Source of the DNA: Octopus bimaculoides
Lineage: Eukaryota
DNA length: 49,647 nt
Direction: 5' to 3'
Assembly (NCBI RefSeq): GCF_001194135.2
Contig: NC_068983.1
Coordinates: 132,219,979-132,269,625, forward strand
The notes beneath the pieces were generated by a model, which was given only the letters and a program-made list of their open reading frames with translations, had not been told where the DNA came from and made no database searches. Below, piece after piece: positions 12,821-25,210 of this stretch (position 1 is its first letter; the number at the start of each line of letters is the position of its first letter). Position numbers and translations under genes: made by a program.

Positions 12821-13560
12821 AAAAGTAAAAACCGGAAAACAGAAATGAATGACGGAAAGAAATTAAGGTCGAAAGAGAGGAAAAAAAAGGAAGAAAAAAG
12901 CAGACAAGCGGGTAATGAGGTAACAACGACAGAATGAAAGAAAAGAAGTACAGACAGACAGAAAGACAGAAAGACAGAAAGAAAGATATTAAGTAAAAGT
13001 AAGGGTGGAAGAAAGAAGGAAAGAATTCGAATGAACGAAGTACGAAAGAAATGATCGGAAAATGGGGGAAATATTAAGCCGAAAAGAAAGAACAACTGAA
13101 AAGAGTTACAGACTGAATAAATGCGCGAGAAAATGCGATCACAAAAAAGTAATAAAGGAGAAAAAGCTAACTGAACAACAATGTTTAGACAAAGAGCATA
13201 AAGAAATAAGACGGAAGGAATAAACTAATGAATTACCGTAATCACTGAAGTAAATGAGCAAAACATGTCGGGAGAAAGAAAAACGGGAGAATTTTGTGAG
13301 GAGCTACAGGGAAGTATAAAACATTTCAAAGGAAGAGAGCCCTGTTTTCGGGCATATACTATGCACCAAAGCATTTTCACTAAGAAAACACAGACAAGAA
13401 CAAACACACACACTCACACACACACACATAAACTCGCACACGCATATATGTGTACATACAGAGTGCACATTCATGCATACCTAAAGAGAGGGAGAATAAA
13501 TGAAAGTGAGATTTGAACTCAAAAGGTAGCGACGGGCGAAATACCAGTAATAATAATAAT

Positions 13561-14079
13561 GATGCAGTAGCAAGCAGTCGTTCTCATGGTTTCTGATCTT
13601 TACTGATTGGAAGTATTATCATATACAGTGTTTGACTTCGTGCACAAGATCGGCTACAGGAATGCTTGTCAGTTGTTTCACCGTAGCCAGTTTACCATGT
13701 CCCTTAATGGCTGACGATATGTGCATCTTTGATCATGAGCAGTAGTAGTGTGGGAGCATCATAGCTATATGTTGAGAGGAACACTTTGGGGTTTGGATAA
13801 TTTACCTTTGGAAACATGGGGGCTTCGTTCAGCATCCTTAAACAACCCTTATTTAGGGACCTTTTGAGCGGAAAGGGCTACTCAACGTGAAGAAAATTCT
13901 AACTGGGCCCCACCTGAAAGGTCATGCGCTGTTTGTCTTGATATGGGATTACCATGTTGCGCGCATATGTTTGCGATGCATGTGCCCGTTGTACCTTTAT
14001 CAGAGGGGCAGTCACTTTGAGTATATTGGGCATCTTACATTTTACCTCAGTGACACTTTAATGGCACTCACGCTCTTTC

Positions 14080-14082
<3 letters not shown>
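13561..14082. mobile_element. Unclassified ~520-bp non-coding interspersed element flanked by (TAA)n on both sides
   Basis: Higher-GC block with sharp boundaries between (TAA)4 at 13548-13560 and (TAA)22 at 14083-14148. It has no useful ORF. A SINE fragment (13505-13547) is cut off at the left repeat. Confidence 0.55.

Positions 14083-14148
<66 letters not shown>
14083..14148 (+). repeat. (TAA)22 microsatellite
   Basis: Directly visible; also sits where the tail of the adjacent minus-strand SINE would be. Confidence 0.95.
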
Positions 14149-14149
<1 letters not shown>

Positions 14150-14151
<2 letters not shown>

Positions 14152-14347
14152 TCGTCTGTAGTAAAGGCACAAGGCCTGAAACTAGTAGGGAGGGATCTAG
14201 TCGATTATATCAACTCCAGTGCTTCAGTGCTACTTAAGTTATCGACCCCGAAAGGATGAAATGCAACGTCGAATTCGGCGGAATTGTAACTCTGAACGTA
14301 GCGACGGGTGGAATACTACTAAGGAATTTACTCGGCGTGCTAACGAT
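14150..14347 (-). mobile_element. tRNA-derived SINE (Meta-domain-like family), best-preserved copy
   Basis: Minus strand reads ..CCGAATTCGACGTTGCATTTCATCCTTTCGGGGTCGATAACTTAAGTAGCAC.., resembling the Meta/Sauria-SINE central domain. It ends in an (ATT)n tail. Confidence 0.75.
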
Positions 14348-15026
14348 GATAATGATAATGATGATGATGAAAATAATAATAATATTTTTCCTTACAGAAG
14401 AAAAATAGTGATAGGCAATATGAATTTATCTTTTCTGAATTACGTTTTTTCCTAAACGAAAATTTAAAATACATCTCTATTTCATACGGAATAAATTCCT
14501 AGATCAAACTACAGAAATCTGAAGTGAGTCTTGTGTATGTGTGTTTCCTGTTAATAATCTTTCATGACAAAATCAACTGAATGTTAGAGAAGAGAAATAT
14601 GGAGAAACAAATACAGAGACACATTCATAAAATACAAAAAAAGGATAGCAGTTAAAATGATAAAGCGGGATGGCCTAAGATTAATAAGAGTACATTGTAT
14701 TATAGAAATCACTGAATAAAAGCTTCAAATACTAAAAATTCTCTGCGTTTATGTAATCATACGTTTAACATATTTCTTCTGTCATTTCTTTTTCATATCC
14801 TTCTGGCACTGAAAACTAATATCAAAACTCAAGTTTTGCTACTTGAAATTAAAATCCAATACCTTAATATTTCAAACACAATTTGCAATATATTTCACTT
14901 TGCAATATATTTTATGTAAATAAATGTACACGTATTAATAATATATATATATTCTCAATCGCAGGATAATGTTAATGATATAGCCTGAACAGGATAAAAT
15001 ACTCTTATTTTGCAGAAAAATAGTGT

Positions 15027-15108
15027 AGGTGGTTAGCTGTGGAATCGAACTCACATCTCCGTGATAACGCGTCAGGATGCTCTGACCGATTGAGCTAAAC
15101 ACTCCCAC
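15027..15108 (-). pseudogene. tRNA-like Pol III unit (left arm of the fold-back)
   Basis: A box TAGCTCAATCGG (15086-15097 reverse complement), D-arm GCTC/GAGC, B box GTTCGATTCC (15041-15050 reverse complement), followed by a TTTTT terminator. The acceptor stem is non-canonical. Confidence 0.75.
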
Positions 15109-15189
15109 TACAGATTCCTCTGCAAATTTAAGATGTATAGAAATCTCGACATCTTAAATTTACAGAGGGATCTGTNNNNNNNNNNTCTG

Positions 15190-15276
15190 TAGTGGGGAGT
15201 TTAGCTCAATCGGTCAGAGCATCGTAACGCGTAATCACGGAGATGTGAGTTCGAGTCCACAGCTAACCACCTACAC
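15190..15276 (+). pseudogene. tRNA-like Pol III unit (right arm of the fold-back)
   Basis: A box TAGCTCAATCGG (15202-15213), B box GTTCGAGTCC (15249-15258), anticodon-like loop CGCGTAA. The T-run is interrupted (TTTCTT). Confidence 0.75.
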
Positions 15277-15494
15277 TTTCTTCTGCAAAATAGGGGTAGT
15301 TTATCATGTTCAGGCCATATTATTAGCATTATCCTGCGATTGAGAATTTAAAATCTCTTCTTTAACTTGCTAAAAGCATAACGTCGTTTGTTTGTTTATG
15401 TTTGTCGTAATTTGAATTTAACACACACACATATCTATAGTTTTTTGAACTTTAAATTTTCTGATGCGACTTTATCTCCTTCTCTATCACTTTT

Positions 15495-15630
15495 CCCCCT
15501 CTCGTTCTTCCTCTGTTACTACTACGTATCTCTCTTTACCCCTCTCGTTCTTGCTTCTGTTACTACTATATCTCTCTCTTTCCCCTCTCGTTCTTCCTCT
15601 TGTTACTACTATATTTCTCTTTTCCTCTCT
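15495..15630 (+). repeat. Pyrimidine-rich minisatellite, ~42-44-bp unit, about 3 copies
   Basis: Unit CCCCTCTCGTTCTT(C/G)CT(T)CTGTTACTACTA(C/T)(G/A)TATCTCTCT starts near 15497, 15539 and 15583. Confidence 0.85.
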
Positions 15631-17379
15631 TTCTCTCGTTGCTTACCTATTCTTCTACTTCCTCCCCTTGTTTCTCTCTCTACCACTCTCTCTTCCTTAC
15701 CCCTCCCTGGTCACATGCTTCCGGTCACTAATCCATTTCTTCCTTGGCTATCGCCGAGCAAACACGCGAACTTACTTCGTCCCGTCTTTTTTCAGTTCGT
15801 GCCTCACAGCGTTCATATACACGTAATTTTTCACTTCTGGCCGCATAGCCTTTTCTGTTTGTTTTCCTGTCTTGTTTTTCGTCCGCCACGACATTCCTCC
15901 ATGGCACATGTTTAATTTGTGTATACAAATTTAATTTGCGGTCCATGGGAAGAGCCATTTTAACGATGCGTCCTGCCCAACTCTTCGAAACGCCGGTGTT
16001 AAAATTGGGGGTAGCTGATGAAGGAAAAGGTTCTCTATGTGGCTTGTGTGTTTTCTGTACTCTGGTTATTATTATTTTCTTTCTACGTTTTGTTTGCAAT
16101 GTCCTGTACCCTGATATGCACCTATATATACAGGTAGACGTAGGTATACACATACCTGTACGTATATATGCATATACTCCTTTATTATTTCTTTTATATA
16201 TATATATATGTATATATATATATACAAACCTCCCGTGTCTATAGTCCTTTCGGACAATTATTCATTTCTCCTTTGCGTTACCCAATTATGTCTTGTCTTC
16301 CAGCCCTAAGGATTATACTGTATATGTATTATTACCGTTTTAATTGTTGTATCGATGTGGCTGTAGGTCTTTATTCTGTTTATTATTTTGTCCTGCGTCC
16401 GTCCACTAACGACCTCGTCTTGAGCTTGTCTCGAACCTATCTCGTTCTGTTATACTTTGGTCCCATTCCTGGCAAGTTTCTTGGTGGTGCGTCCAAACTG
16501 GAAGCAATATTATCGATAATAGCCTGAATTGCGTTTGACTCTCTGACCGATAACTGAAGGGTTGTTGACATTCCGTATTTTCTGTTCGTCTGTGTATTTA
16601 GTATATGTTCGTATGTTTATTTGCTACACGTCTTTTGAATTATAAATATACATATTTGTGTGTGTGTGTTTGTGTACGTGTTTGTGTGTGTGTGTGTGTG
16701 TATGTGTGTGTGTGTGTGTGTGTGTATGTGTGTGTGTGTACGTGTCCTTTTTCAATGTGTATAAATAACACGGAAAAAATAAATATATAGTTACCAACGT
16801 AGCACAAATTTCATATAAGTACCAAAAATGTTACAGCCTACTTATAAAGGTAGAATTTTCAGGGTTTAGTGAAATGTTTTTGTAAAGAGATGAATAAAGA
16901 AATGGAGTTAAACGCAGGTGTTATTCAAATCTTTATACTCAAGACGTATGTTTCGGAGAAAATATTGGTATTACTCCAGAGGAAAAATAATGATGTAAAA
17001 GAATGCGATCTTTTCAACAGGGAAAATAGAGAAACAAAACACATCAATGAGCCGAATGTGATGATTGCATATATGTTGAAGGGAATGCTGGCAAGATATT
17101 TTTTTAAAAAATAACCTTAATAAATTTAACGTCAAATGCAATTTAGAGGAGAAAGAAAGAAATTAGCAGATAACCAAGAGTGGCGAAATGTAGAGCGATA
17201 GAAGAATAGGAATAAAGCTATCGTTCTACATTTCTCCACTCTTGATTTTCTGCTAATTTCTTTCTCCTCCTTTTTTTTCTAAGTTGCATTTGACGTTAAA
17301 TCTATTAACTGTTTTCGTTTTAAAAAATAACTTGCCAGCGTTCCCTTCATCACACACACACACACACACACTCTCTCTT

Positions 17380-17411
<32 letters not shown>

Positions 17412-17626
17412 CCTCTCTCTCTCTCTATGAATCAGCCATCTGCCCAATGCAAACATAGAGTCCTCCCCGTGTGTGCACGGTACATTTGTATACAAGATTT
17501 GTACTCATACAGAGACTCATCAAAGAACATTTTGATTTTTCTCTGTATGAGCATTTATCATATTTATTTGTATATTAGGCACTCCTGATTCCATTTACCG
17601 GCGTTGTTAACGTACAGCGACAACTG

Positions 17627-17674
<48 letters not shown>

Positions 17675-17711
17675 TTACTACTACTACTACTACTACTACT
17701 ACTGCTACTAC
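17627..17711 (+). repeat. (CTA)n microsatellite
   Basis: Directly visible; gives the poly-Ser in ORF 17575-17889. Confidence 0.95.
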
Positions 17712-18538
17712 ACATTGGTCGTAGTTGGTAATTCTCACTCCGGTTTACATCTTGATTGGTATTTAGATGCAAATGTATGAACCATTGCCGCATTTTGCTA
17801 TTGCTGATGCGATGCATAATCTGCTGGGTCATCGCACCTCCACACCCATTTTGAATAGTAATCAGGAAAACATAAGAGATACATTTCATAGATTGGGATT
17901 TAAAAATTGACGTGTCTAAATCTAGTTATACTATTCACTGCATTGACATTTTATTGAATATTGCTGATATTTAGAAATGCAATATAACTTTATGACTAAA
18001 ATAATGTGAGAATTATATTTGTCAACCCAACTGAGAATTGAACAAATTTTGTCAAGATATCACTTGAAACAATTACTCATCTTATTTTTGAAAGCTTTTA
18101 AATGTCCACTTGTTTTTCATTTTCATTGATCCGATTTCCGCAATATTTGAAATCATTTAATGGTAATATGATGTCGAATACGAGAATTATATATTAATTA
18201 CTGCTATAATTTCCACATTTTATCTCCGAATTCAGACCATATATAACTTAATGTCTAAAAGTAATCAGCTCCCAATATTTTGAAATTTTGATAATTCTTT
18301 CCATAGTATTAATCACTTAGAGTTATTATAATTTGTATTGTCAAACATAATGGCTACACTTATTTCCAGTCACAACGTTTTCATTTGTGTTTGTATATTT
18401 TTTTACTGGAATCAGTATGTTATCGGTCTAAACGTGTCAAACGTGTCTAAACGTGTCAAACGGACAGGCTCTGCTACGTATATACACATGTGTGTATATA
18501 TATGTATATATGTATATAATACACATGTATTATATATG

Positions 18539-18585
<47 letters not shown>

Positions 18586-19338
18586 CAATGGCGACACCGG
18601 CAGTCGGAGTGGTCGGGTTTTTTGCCCGAGTTTAAATTTAGTAAAGTAAACGTGCATTTGCAAGCAGATTCAATTTCTGCCAACACTGACTTGAGGTTCT
18701 CTTATTGAGCTGGTCGCAGTTCATTTATTTTCGTTCAGCATGTGATGGTGATCTTAGATGTGCTCTAGATTAAGAAAAATCATATTGGTGCCAGACGTTA
18801 TCTCAACAGCGTTCGCACACGCCTGACTCGGAACCGGAAGTTACAGTCCGATTTATCATCTACTATCGTAAAGATTAAAAGTAATTCAAATTTGATGAAA
18901 CTATCAATTTCTAAAGAGATTACGATATAAATTCAAAATCTATAAAAATTTTCTTTCAACAATATTGTCAAAGGAACCAAAAATTATCCAACAATTCCGG
19001 CTAATACAAACGAGACTGGTAGGTGTAAATAATTAACTGGTATCTCTTGTCAAGAGTACAAGCGACCTTCAGATAGCTGATGCGTGTTATACACTTTGCT
19101 GCCATTCTTTGATTTCTGTTATGCTGTATGTCTGTCTCTAAGGATCACTTTTGTTTTACAGGGTGGCTTTATTTTTACCCTTACCTTAGAAATGGAAAGA
19201 TACACAGTACTAGATATAAAAAAATAAATCATTTGGGACTGGAGATATTGCGGAAAAATGTGAAAGTCTCGGAGCATGCATGTGTCATATGCGAAATCTG
19301 TGATGAGCCCGAGTGACGCTGATGACCTGGATTCGCCA

Positions 19339-19370
<32 letters not shown>

Positions 19371-19394
19371 CTCAACATGAAAATAATGCTTGTA

Positions 19395-19434
<40 letters not shown>

Positions 19435-20699
19435 CGTGTGTTAAATATATTTGTGTGTGTGCGCTTTCATAATCTTTAAAAAGTTGCATGTGTATCATAT
19501 TTTGTTTACATTTTGTGTGTATATGTGCGTTAATATGTTTGATCACGTGATAGAACTGAAAACTTACTGCTGTTAAAATATTTGTATTCCACGTCATCAA
19601 AATATATGCTGCATACATTTCTATCATTAGACAAAATAATAAAAGTCAATTCTCGGAAAAATATATTAATACTATTGTTATAACAATTACTATTATACAG
19701 TTATATCTAATAATTAATTATTTTATTATTTAGTTATTGTATTACACATAATCTAATACAGTTATGTTTTCCGACTACTCTGATAGACTTTTTTCCCAAA
19801 CGAAAGATCAGAATTTGGAAGCTGATATTTTGTGCGTGATGACAACCTTTCGATAACTAAAACATTCAACGAAGGAAGTTCTAATAAGCTTTAATGAATA
19901 AAGTAATTTCAAATGTTAGAGCAGGGGTGCAAACAATACAAAGAAGAATTTTAAATTTAACTCAGCGTTAAATTACGAGATAAAAGCAAAGAACGACGGA
20001 ATGTCAAATTACTAAAAGGACAGGAAATAGCAGGAAAATACAATCGAAAATATCCGTTCGTCTCTCAGACATCAACGGACGTGTAAAAGCAGGAAAACAC
20101 AACGGAGGATATCCGTTCGTTTCTAAGAAACAAAAACATACTCTGACGATAAACTAAATGTAGTTGAGCAGCAATAAAAAAAATGGATAAAAGCAGACCA
20201 TATATACCTTGGCTTTTACTATGGAAATAGACGCCAATACGCTTGTGGCTTTCGATTGGCTAAAATTCCCCAGCATATGCAGAGTTTAAAAGCTATTAAC
20301 TTTTTTATTTATTCATTTATGGCAAACATGAATTTCATTTCCATAATCAGCACATAAAACTACACAGATATATCAAATTTGATATTAATTACAGCAAGAT
20401 TAAAGAAATTGAAAAGTGAAAGCAAAACAGAATCCCCGTCCCCATATCTTGCTCTGTTCAAAAATGCTTAATCTTGGAGCAGTTTTCGGAATATCAGTCT
20501 CGTATTCACTAATCCCACACCTTTGTTTTTTGATTAATCACAATTTTTAGTATGGCATCATAAATAAATTTACACTGTATCCAGTTTCCACAGTAAAAGT
20601 GTCTTGTGAAATTTTGTTAAAATTCATAGATTTTCTACCCCTTCATGTATTTTAGGGTGTTAGCTATCATAGGGAATCGTAATGTACATTCAGTAATAT

Positions 20700-21800
20700 C
20701 ATCATTACAGCACCGAAACTGCCTTTGATAGTCTAAGTGGAAACTTGTGAGTGGTAGCGTGATACACGTATCTCACATGTCTACAGTTCATTGAGCTGCT
20801 GTAATCCAGCTTTCCATCTCAATGATTTGTTTAAACAGGTGGCGTTTGACATCAGCCTGTATCTCAAACGCAGCTCACCATGATTTTACGAACCATTTGC
20901 TAATTCTGTCTTTTAAGGTCCTATTTCATTTGGCTTGAAGGATGATCGTCATGAATTTTAATTTTTTCCCACTATTCCTGACCCTCCAGATATTTCTTTC
21001 CAGAATTTCTTTTACATTTCTATCCACCACACTGTCGGCTAGCTAAGTGGTCTTGAAACTAAGAATCAGTTTGAAGACGGACATGAAGTTATTGTTTCAG
21101 CGGAAAATTTATCGCTCAGCGCTGCGATGTTCTTTCAGTACTCTTGGAATACGAACATGACTTGCTGTTTTGGTTATGATGTAGTCAAGATTCATGTCAG
21201 TGCTTTGGGCGCATTCACTTCCAAATCACTATCCAGCTCTTTTCTGCTGGGAGACAGTGCCTTGAATGATGCGTCTTTCCTCGGATCATAAAGTGATGTG
21301 ATATTCCCATATGTATTGCATTTCGGATACCATATGACTAGCGCACAACTCTAAATTTTACTCATACTGTGAATCAACACTGTGCTGGTAACAACCAGTT
21401 GCTCATCGTAGAAGTATAAATACTACTAATGCTGAGGAGGCGTTCATTCCTCTTTGGACATTCTCATAATTCTGTCACTCATAAAATATATCTTTAGGAA
21501 CAATTTCATAAAATATTGTCAGTCGTTTTCATTTGTCCTTTTCTCGGAGCAAAGTTTGAGTAGCCTACTCGATTCTGCTGGTTACCAACTCTTAATACAT
21601 ATGTATTTAATATCGTTGGTATTACCATATTCTGTCAGTCACGTCTCACAAAGAACGATGATAATAATATTCCATCTCTATTACCCCTATGCCCCATGCC
21701 AGCTGTGTGGTGTGTTTCTTGTTCTTCCAGTGTTCCTCTCTCTAGTAACGTTATACCATTCATTTTGGTTATATAAACATTCCCTGTCAACAACATCATT
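20700..21800 (-). mobile_element. RTE-clade LINE, AP-endonuclease region, heavily decayed
   Basis: Minus-strand fragments in order: LLTGNV, IVLCET, EQLVVTSTVL (cf. LVITNT), LDYIIT..VRIPRVL (cf. IDYII..DVRITRV), TIKGSFG (cf. IKAVYG). Confidence 0.6.
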
Positions 21801-23844
21801 TTTTAAATGGAGTTCGAGGAATATTATTGTCACTGATGGTGATCGTTTCGAATTACTTGGGATTTATTTGTACTCTTAAGACTAATAGTAGGGAATCAAA
21901 TAACAATAAGCATTGCATTCATATGTAGCATAATTTCGATGAGATGTAATATACACATCGCGCAAAAGATCACTACAGTAAAATGATTTTTGTAACTTGA
22001 GAGCGGATTTATGTACTCATCTATGTGTGATGTATGTCTCTCCTGGTGAGTAGCTAGAATAAATTTCATTCACTATTACCAATGCTTGCTTGCTAATTTC
22101 GAATTTCTCTTTCTACTAGACATAACGCCTAAATCCCAGCACATACATATCTCAAAATTTCAGGAGAAATTAATAGAAAGTATTATCATGGTCTGATCAC
22201 AAATAATCATGATCTAGGTTGTTCTGTCGAATAAAACACTGATAGAAAAATTATATTGGTTTGCATTGTCGCAAACAGAGATTTGTGGGAAATAGAAAGG
22301 TATCTTAGATACTCAGTGTTTTAAGATGAGAACGAATTAAATAGCTAAAAACTCCCAACAACCCAAACCGAATTCTGATAAGACCATTAAGGCAATGAAA
22401 CTGACAACATTCTAGCGAAGGAATTATTAGGAAATACAGTAAATAAATAATTAATAATCACAGGAAATTAACAAAATTACAAATTCTTACGACCGAAGAT
22501 TATAATAAGGATTTCGTGTAAAGAAATTGCATTGTATTTTGATTCATCCTGTTCGTAAAGTCTATTTTATGTTGGCATTGATGAACGTATGACATAAATA
22601 GATCGATAAACAACATGTATATTCAATTTGTGCATATATTCTGCCCTAAGGAATTTCTTTGCGAACATAACTCTATAGAGAGTGTATTTGGCTTCGCATA
22701 AAATTTAACGAAACATTATTTAACATGCAAGACATTCATTTCATTCCGCTAATCAAGATACATTGGGAAGAACTGATATAATGAAATGAATGAAGTAGCA
22801 ACAGCGTTTCTTTGACAACGGAAATATTACGATAAATAAGGAATAGTTTGATTTACGATATTATTATCATTTACTATAATATTTGACCACATTCCAAGAT
22901 TGAGCTATCGCACTTGTTATCCTAGAGAGTGATTTTAATTTATATAGTGTATAGCTAGATTATTGTCGTATTACTCTTACGAATACAATTGTGAATAGTT
23001 TATCATGGTTTAAAGGTGATGTCGAAAATATCAGATAAATGACGAGAGTATTACAATGCAGAAAATATGAGAGAATAATTAGCATCAGGAATCTATGTTC
23101 TCTTAAAATGTATAGGAGAATGCATAAACTGATAAAAGTAGTACGATATACTTATCTTATAGTTAATACTTTTAGATGTCATTTTCTAAGAGGCTTAAAT
23201 CATCGGAGATATTGCTAAATGGCTTCATTATAATGTTCAATGGTTGAATACGTCTGAGAATAACAATGAACTGGACGAGAAAATAATGTAAACAGAAGGT
23301 TTTTGATATTGATATACATATACATATACAAAGTCAATCTATATTTTGTTAGAATTTTAGAACAGAATATTTCTAAAATATTTTGGAGAAAACTCCAATA
23401 TCTTTAAAAAATTGAGTAGCTTAGCTCCAAGATATTTATGATGCAGTTAGGCATTTGTACTATTTTGGAAAGTCTCTTTGCCTGCTCATATTTAGTTTCA
23501 ATTGAGCTAAATTTGTTTGCGTTAATAAGGTTTTATTTGAGAAGAAAGTAATTTTGCTTCTGGCGTATACAAATGTACGTGTAACTTTCTTTTCTTCATT
23601 CCAAATTTAAAATAATCCAATGCTATTATTTGTTCAACTATTGTTATATTTCCTTTATTAGCAGACATCCCATGATTAACTACATAAGTTCATAAAAACG
23701 ACGTAAAAGTTTGTCACAGTGGCTGTATCTCAAGTGCATGAAACCTGCGATCAAGGTTCGAATTTCTCTTGTATATGCCGTTCATGTTAATTTTTTTTTT
23801 TTTGCCAATAACAGAAATCGCTTTGGCTGATGGTGCAGCCGAAA

Positions 23845-23892
<48 letters not shown>

Positions 23893-23921
23893 CCTCTCTC
23901 TCGATCTTTCACTCTCTCTCT

Positions 23922-23955
<34 letters not shown>

Positions 23956-24425
23956 GTACATATTTATATATATATATATAAAAGCTGTATACATATACAT
24001 GCAAATATGGAGGTATATGTAAGTATACACACACATGCATGTGTGTGTTTGTGTGCAAATGCATTTATACATATACAAATGTTAGTATGTTTGTATGTAT
24101 GTATAGTTTTGTAGACAGTAAATATCTTCTAGATTGGCACACAGTGCTATAATAAAACCAGGAGCAGGGTCATAACTTCTGTGAATTTCTAGATTTCTAA
24201 AATTAATGCTAAAGTAGCTGACCACATGAAAGGTCTTTCATTAAGTGCTTAATATTTGATATTTATGTTGAATATATTTTATGAGAAATATATCCTTTCA
24301 TTTAATACAGTACAACATTGAAGAGAAAATCTGTTTTTGTAAATTGTCAGATAACAAAACCTGAGGTGACTCGATATTTGAAGAGTGAAGAGAAAACCTC
24401 GAATTTTTTTTTTTTTTTTTTTTTT

Positions 24426-25157
24426 NNNNNNNNNNNNNNNNNNNNNNNNNNNNNNNNNNNNNNNNNNNNNNNNNNNNNNNNNNNNNNNNNNNNNNNNNNN
24501 NNNNNNNNNNNNNNNNNNNNNNNNNNNNNNNNNNNNNNNNNNNNNNNNNNNNNNNNNNNNNNNNNNNNNNNNNNNNNNNNNNNNNNNNNNNNNNNNNNNN
24601 NNNNNNNNNNNNNNNNNNNNNNNNNNNNNNNNNNNNNNNNNNNNNNNNNNNNNNNNNNNNNNNNNNNNNNNNNNNNNNNNNNNNNNNNNNNNNNNNNNNN
24701 NNNNNNNNNNNNNNNNNNNNNNNNNNNNNNNNNNNNNNNNNNNNNNNNNNNNNNNNNNNNNNNNNNNNNNNNNNNNNNNNNNNNNNNNNNNNNNNNNNNN
24801 NNNNNNNNNNNNNNNNNNNNNNNNNNNNNNNNNNNNNNNNNNNNNNNNNNNNNNNNNNNNNNNNNNNNNNNNNNNNNNNNNNNNNNNNNNNNNNNNNNNN
24901 NNNNNNNNNNNNNNNNNNNNNNNNNNNNNNNNNNNNNNNNNNNNNNNNNNNNNNNNNNNNNNNNNNNNNNNNNNNNNNNNNNNNNNNNNNNNNNNNNNNN
25001 NNNNNNNNNNNNNNNNNNNNNNNNNNNNNNNNNNNNNNNNNNNNNNNNNNNNNNNNNNNNNNNNNNNNNNNNNNNNNNNNNNNNNNNNNNNNNNNNNNNN
25101 NNNNNNNNNNNNNNNNNNNNNNNNNNNNNNNNNNNNNNNNNNNNNNNNNNNNNNNNN
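24426..25157. other. Assembly gap (largest of nine N-runs; others at ~15176, 32770, 34911, 37327, 39565, 41077, 42541, 44076)
   Basis: N-run bounded by poly-T and (GT)n. Every long X-containing ORF in the track is a gap artefact. Confidence 0.99.

Positions 25158-25207
<50 letters not shown>

Positions 25208-25210
<3 letters not shown>

Larger units (their letters stand above)
14951..15347. repeat. ~400-bp fold-back (long inverted repeat) containing two head-to-head tRNA-like units
   Basis: Arms 14951-15136 and 15149-15347 around a 12-nt loop ATAGAAATCTCG. About 18 differences in ~186 nt by hand alignment; the outer 21 nt are perfectly complementary. A 10-N gap (15176-15185) duplicates TCTGT. 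Confidence 0.95.

Noticed and set aside
15027-15276. Functional tRNA-Thr(CGT) genes
   Set aside because: The acceptor stem is non-canonical, position 33 is G and the anticodon stem is mismatched in both copies. They are tRNA-like only.
17575-17889. Poly-Ser ORF as a host exon
   Set aside because: The Ser run is a (TAG)n microsatellite, with no domain similarity or clear splice support.
18426-18462. CRISPR-like or functional repeat array
   Set aside because: Two copies of a 19-bp unit with no spacers, in eukaryotic DNA.
19300-19342. C/D-box snoRNA-like motifs (GTGATGA..CTGATGA..CTGA)
   Set aside because: Only 43 nt long, with no convincing terminal stem or recognisable guide.
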